From assembly GCA_043757865.1 (NCBI GenBank), contig JAYVOP010000235.1, forward strand, positions 1 to 57,342: a stretch of DNA of 57,342 nucleotides. The letters are read 5' to 3'. The stretch's first letter is position 1; every line of letters starts with the position of its first letter. Shown here piece after piece: positions 55,417 to 57,342 of this stretch. Source of the DNA: Verrucomicrobiales bacterium (GTDB taxonomy: Bacteria; Verrucomicrobiota; Verrucomicrobiia; Verrucomicrobiales; V1-33). The position numbers were made by a program, and so were the translations under genes. The notes beneath the pieces were generated by a model. That model ran no database searches. It saw nothing but the letters and a program-made list of their open reading frames with translations, and was not told the origin of the DNA.

Positions 55417-57342
55417 TCATGCGCTCTCTGGAGCGCTTTTTTTGGCCGTCTTGCGGGCGGGTTTTTTCAGGACCTCGGCATAGTCTGCGGAGGCTGGGGC
55501 TGGCTGACTGCGGTAGTGTTCCCCCACGTTCAGAACTTTGGTGGTTTCTTCTCCGAATTGGCTGATGACGCGGATGGCCAGCTTTTGGTCTTCCTTGGTG
55601 AGGGTGATGGGGTGGCTGCGGTGGCCGTAGAGGCGGGAGAAGGCTTCTTCGTCCAATTCTACGCGCAGGGTTTGCTGGGCTTTCTTGCGGATGCCGTCCT
55701 CGGCTAGTTTGTTCAGGCCTTTCTGCCAGTCGCTGAACTCATCCGCCTCGCCTCCGCAGAAGAAGACTTGGCGGATCACGAAATTCGCCCCGTCATAATC
55801 TTCATCCACCATCCAGTAGGCGATGTCATGCACGTCCCGGCTTTTCACGATGTCGGTGATGGGATCATAAATGTCCAAGCCTGCGATTTCCACCTGCACG
55901 GTGCTGTGGGCCGTGAGGGCTACGCGCACGTCTGGCTCTCCGATGGTCACGAAACTGGCCGCCTTCTTGTCTTTCTTCAGCAGGCCTTCCTGCATCAGGT
56001 CATCGTGCATCCGCACTTTGGTCACTTGGAAGCTGCCTAGCTGGTAGTGCTTCACTTTGTCGGCGGTGTGTTTTTCCTCACGGTTCTCAATATCGCTTTC
56101 AAAGGAGAAACCTAGGATCACTAGCCAATCCGCATCGCCCCGCTGGCGGCATTCCTTGATGGCTTCGTTCACGGCTTTCTTGCTCACGGTGCCGAACTTC
56201 GGCCCGATGTGGAAATACGCTTTCCGCTCCAGCTTGTCCTCTGCGTAGTAGAAACCTAACGCATGGAGATAGGTGCTGGGTTGTTGTTCGAGGTGGTGGA
56301 AAACGGCGTTCTCCCGCTTGTCTCCGGTCTTAATCCCCGCGCTTTGGAGGTGGGCAAAGATGCGTTCTTCAAATTTGGCCAAATCTTCTGCCCCCACGCC
56401 CGGTTCGGCCTGGCGTAAGGATTCGGGCGATTGGGGTTCGAAATTTTGCAACGTTTCCACGGTAAATGGTCCGGCCACGCGGAGGCGTTTTTTGTCTTCG
56501 GCGGGTTGATCGTAGAGGGTTTCTTCCGCTGGTGGTTCGTTGTTGGCAATGCTGCCCAGCGTGATGTGCGGCACCTTCTTGTATTGGAAACCCTGCCGCA
56601 GGTCCCCGCCGTGCTCATCGTGTATTTTGTAATAGGGAAACGTGGCGGTCATCAACCGCGTCTTGGCAATATTCAACGCAATGCGGCTCGTGTCCGTGGT
56701 GATCCAACGTCGCCCCCACTGTTCTGCCACGTAAGCCGTGGTGCCGCTGCCGCACGTGGGATCAAGGACGAGGTCACCGGGGTCGGTGGTCATGAGGATG
56801 CAGCGTTGGATAGCTTTACGAGATGTCTGAACCACGTAGCTTTTATCTGCCGCACCTCCCAAATCGGTCCACATATTTGTTAAAGCCACGAATGGGAAGT
56901 CGTCAGAGTATTTTTTGAAACGAATCTGACCTGCACCAGCGTAGATGCGCGATTTTTCAATCAAACGCTTCATCGCTGTCTCGTTAATTTTCCAAGAGTT
57001 GCCTGTAGCTGGTCGAAACACCCTGCCTTCAACTTCAACCTCATAAATTTGGGTTTTGAAAACGCCGCCAGAGGTAAGCTGGTCAGGTGTGAAGGCTTTT
57101 GCTCCTTGCCGAAAGACAGCGGCCAAGTCCTCTTGCTCAAATGCAGAGGCATCCTTAACAATTCCGTCTGCTAGTTGAACTTTAGGAAAATCATCAGTTA
57201 CCTCTAGACTGGCGACTTTTGAGATGAACATCGGACGCACTTTTACCCCGAACGCCGCTTTTGAATGAAGTTTGGCGGTGTTGAGTGGGATCAAATCCCC
57301 TCGCCGCCGGGTGACAGGGTGTCCCCATCGACCTCCGGTCTT
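55417..57342 (-). CDS. site-specific DNA methyltransferase (N6-adenine/N4-cytosine, type III Mod-like), 5' part outside the window
   Basis: YVVQT..K.IQRCILMTTDPGDLVLDPTCGSGTT.YVAEQWGRRWIT.DTS (SAM-binding motif), RV.GPFTVE, FV.IGEPD and W..D.DYDG..F motifs. The frame is open to the window edge; the catalytic DPPY-type motif is not seen and is presumably upstream. Confidence 0.88.
   Translation of the reverse strand, partial: KTGGRWGHPVTRRRGDLIPLNTAKLHSKAAFGVKVRPMFISKVASLEVTDDFPKVQLADGIVKDASAFEQEDLAAVFRQGAKAFTPDQLTSGGVFKTQIYEVEVEGRVFRPATGNSWKINETAMKRLIEKSRIYAGAGQIRFKKYSDDFPFVALTNMWTDLGGAADKSYVVQTSRKAIQRCILMTTDPGDLVLDPTCGSGTTAYVAEQWGRRWITTDTSRIALNIAKTRLMTATFPYYKIHDEHGGDLRQGFQYKKVPHITLGSIANNEPPAEETLYDQPAEDKKRLRVAGPFTVETLQNFEPQSPESLRQAEPGVGAEDLAKFEERIFAHLQSAGIKTGDKRENAVFHHLEQQPSTYLHALGFYYAEDKLERKAYFHIGPKFGTVSKKAVNEAIKECRQRGDADWLVILGFSFESDIENREEKHTADKVKHYQLGSFQVTKVRMHDDLMQEGLLKKDKKAASFVTIGEPDVRVALTAHSTVQVEIAGLDIYDPITDIVKSRDVHDIAYWMVDEDYDGANFVIRQVFFCGGEADEFSDWQKGLNKLAEDGIRKKAQQTLRVELDEEAFSRLYGHRSHPITLTKEDQKLAIRVISQFGEETTKVLNVGEHYRSQPAPASADYAEVLKKPARKTAKKSAPESA

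Noticed and set aside
516-57161. The many overlapping 60-170 aa ORFs in the track (for example 6902-7423, 32169-32852, 43131-43652, 48252-48734, 51349-51738)
   Set aside because: They are antisense or alternate-frame shadows of well-supported genes, expected in GC-rich DNA, and carry no family motifs.
1-57342. tRNA, rRNA or riboswitch genes
   Set aside because: No cloverleaf, rRNA-like or recognisable aptamer sequence found by eye; gttcga-like hits fall inside coding regions. A covariance search would be needed to exclude them fully.
1-57342. Amber (TAG) stop-codon reassignment as the cause of TAG abundance
   Set aside because: The excess TAG is out of frame, conserved genes are full length under the standard code, and several (yebC, prfC, E1 beta) end at TAG.

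Overview
High-GC bacterial chromosomal window, most consistent with Verrucomicrobiota: it has PEP-CTERM proteins, a PVC-type CxxCH heme protein and secreted proteins with DxDGDG-type C-terminal domains. The housekeeping backbone is intact (yebC, dapF, ilvD, KDG kinase, prfC, fabV, ybaB, purEK, pta-like, 2-oxoacid dehydrogenase E1 alpha/beta). Four accessory blocks interrupt it. (1) A secreted/surface-protein cluster at 10.7-16.2 kb. (2) An AT-richer glycosyltransferase island at 19.1-23.3 kb with three apparent single-base deletions. (3) A 13.6 kb heavy-metal efflux region at 27.7-41.3 kb with two RND operons, an NreB-like MFS and a deletion scar. (4) A cassette-like patch at 45.0-47.2 kb with a VapC toxin-antitoxin pair ending in an attC-like site. 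A site-specific DNA methyltransferase runs off the right edge. The best candidate for an undescribed system is the efflux region. Each RND operon is headed by a His/Cys-rich membrane-targeted leader protein with a Pro-Pro C-terminal motif, reminiscent of metal-sensing ribosome-arrest uORFs. The only adaptor lacks the alpha-hairpin and is anchored at its C-terminus, and one operon has no adaptor at all. Other highlights are a proline-racemase homolog with both catalytic Cys replaced by Ser, and a window-wide synonymous CCA>CTA / TGG>TAG signature. All family calls come from motif recognition by eye; no database searches were run.
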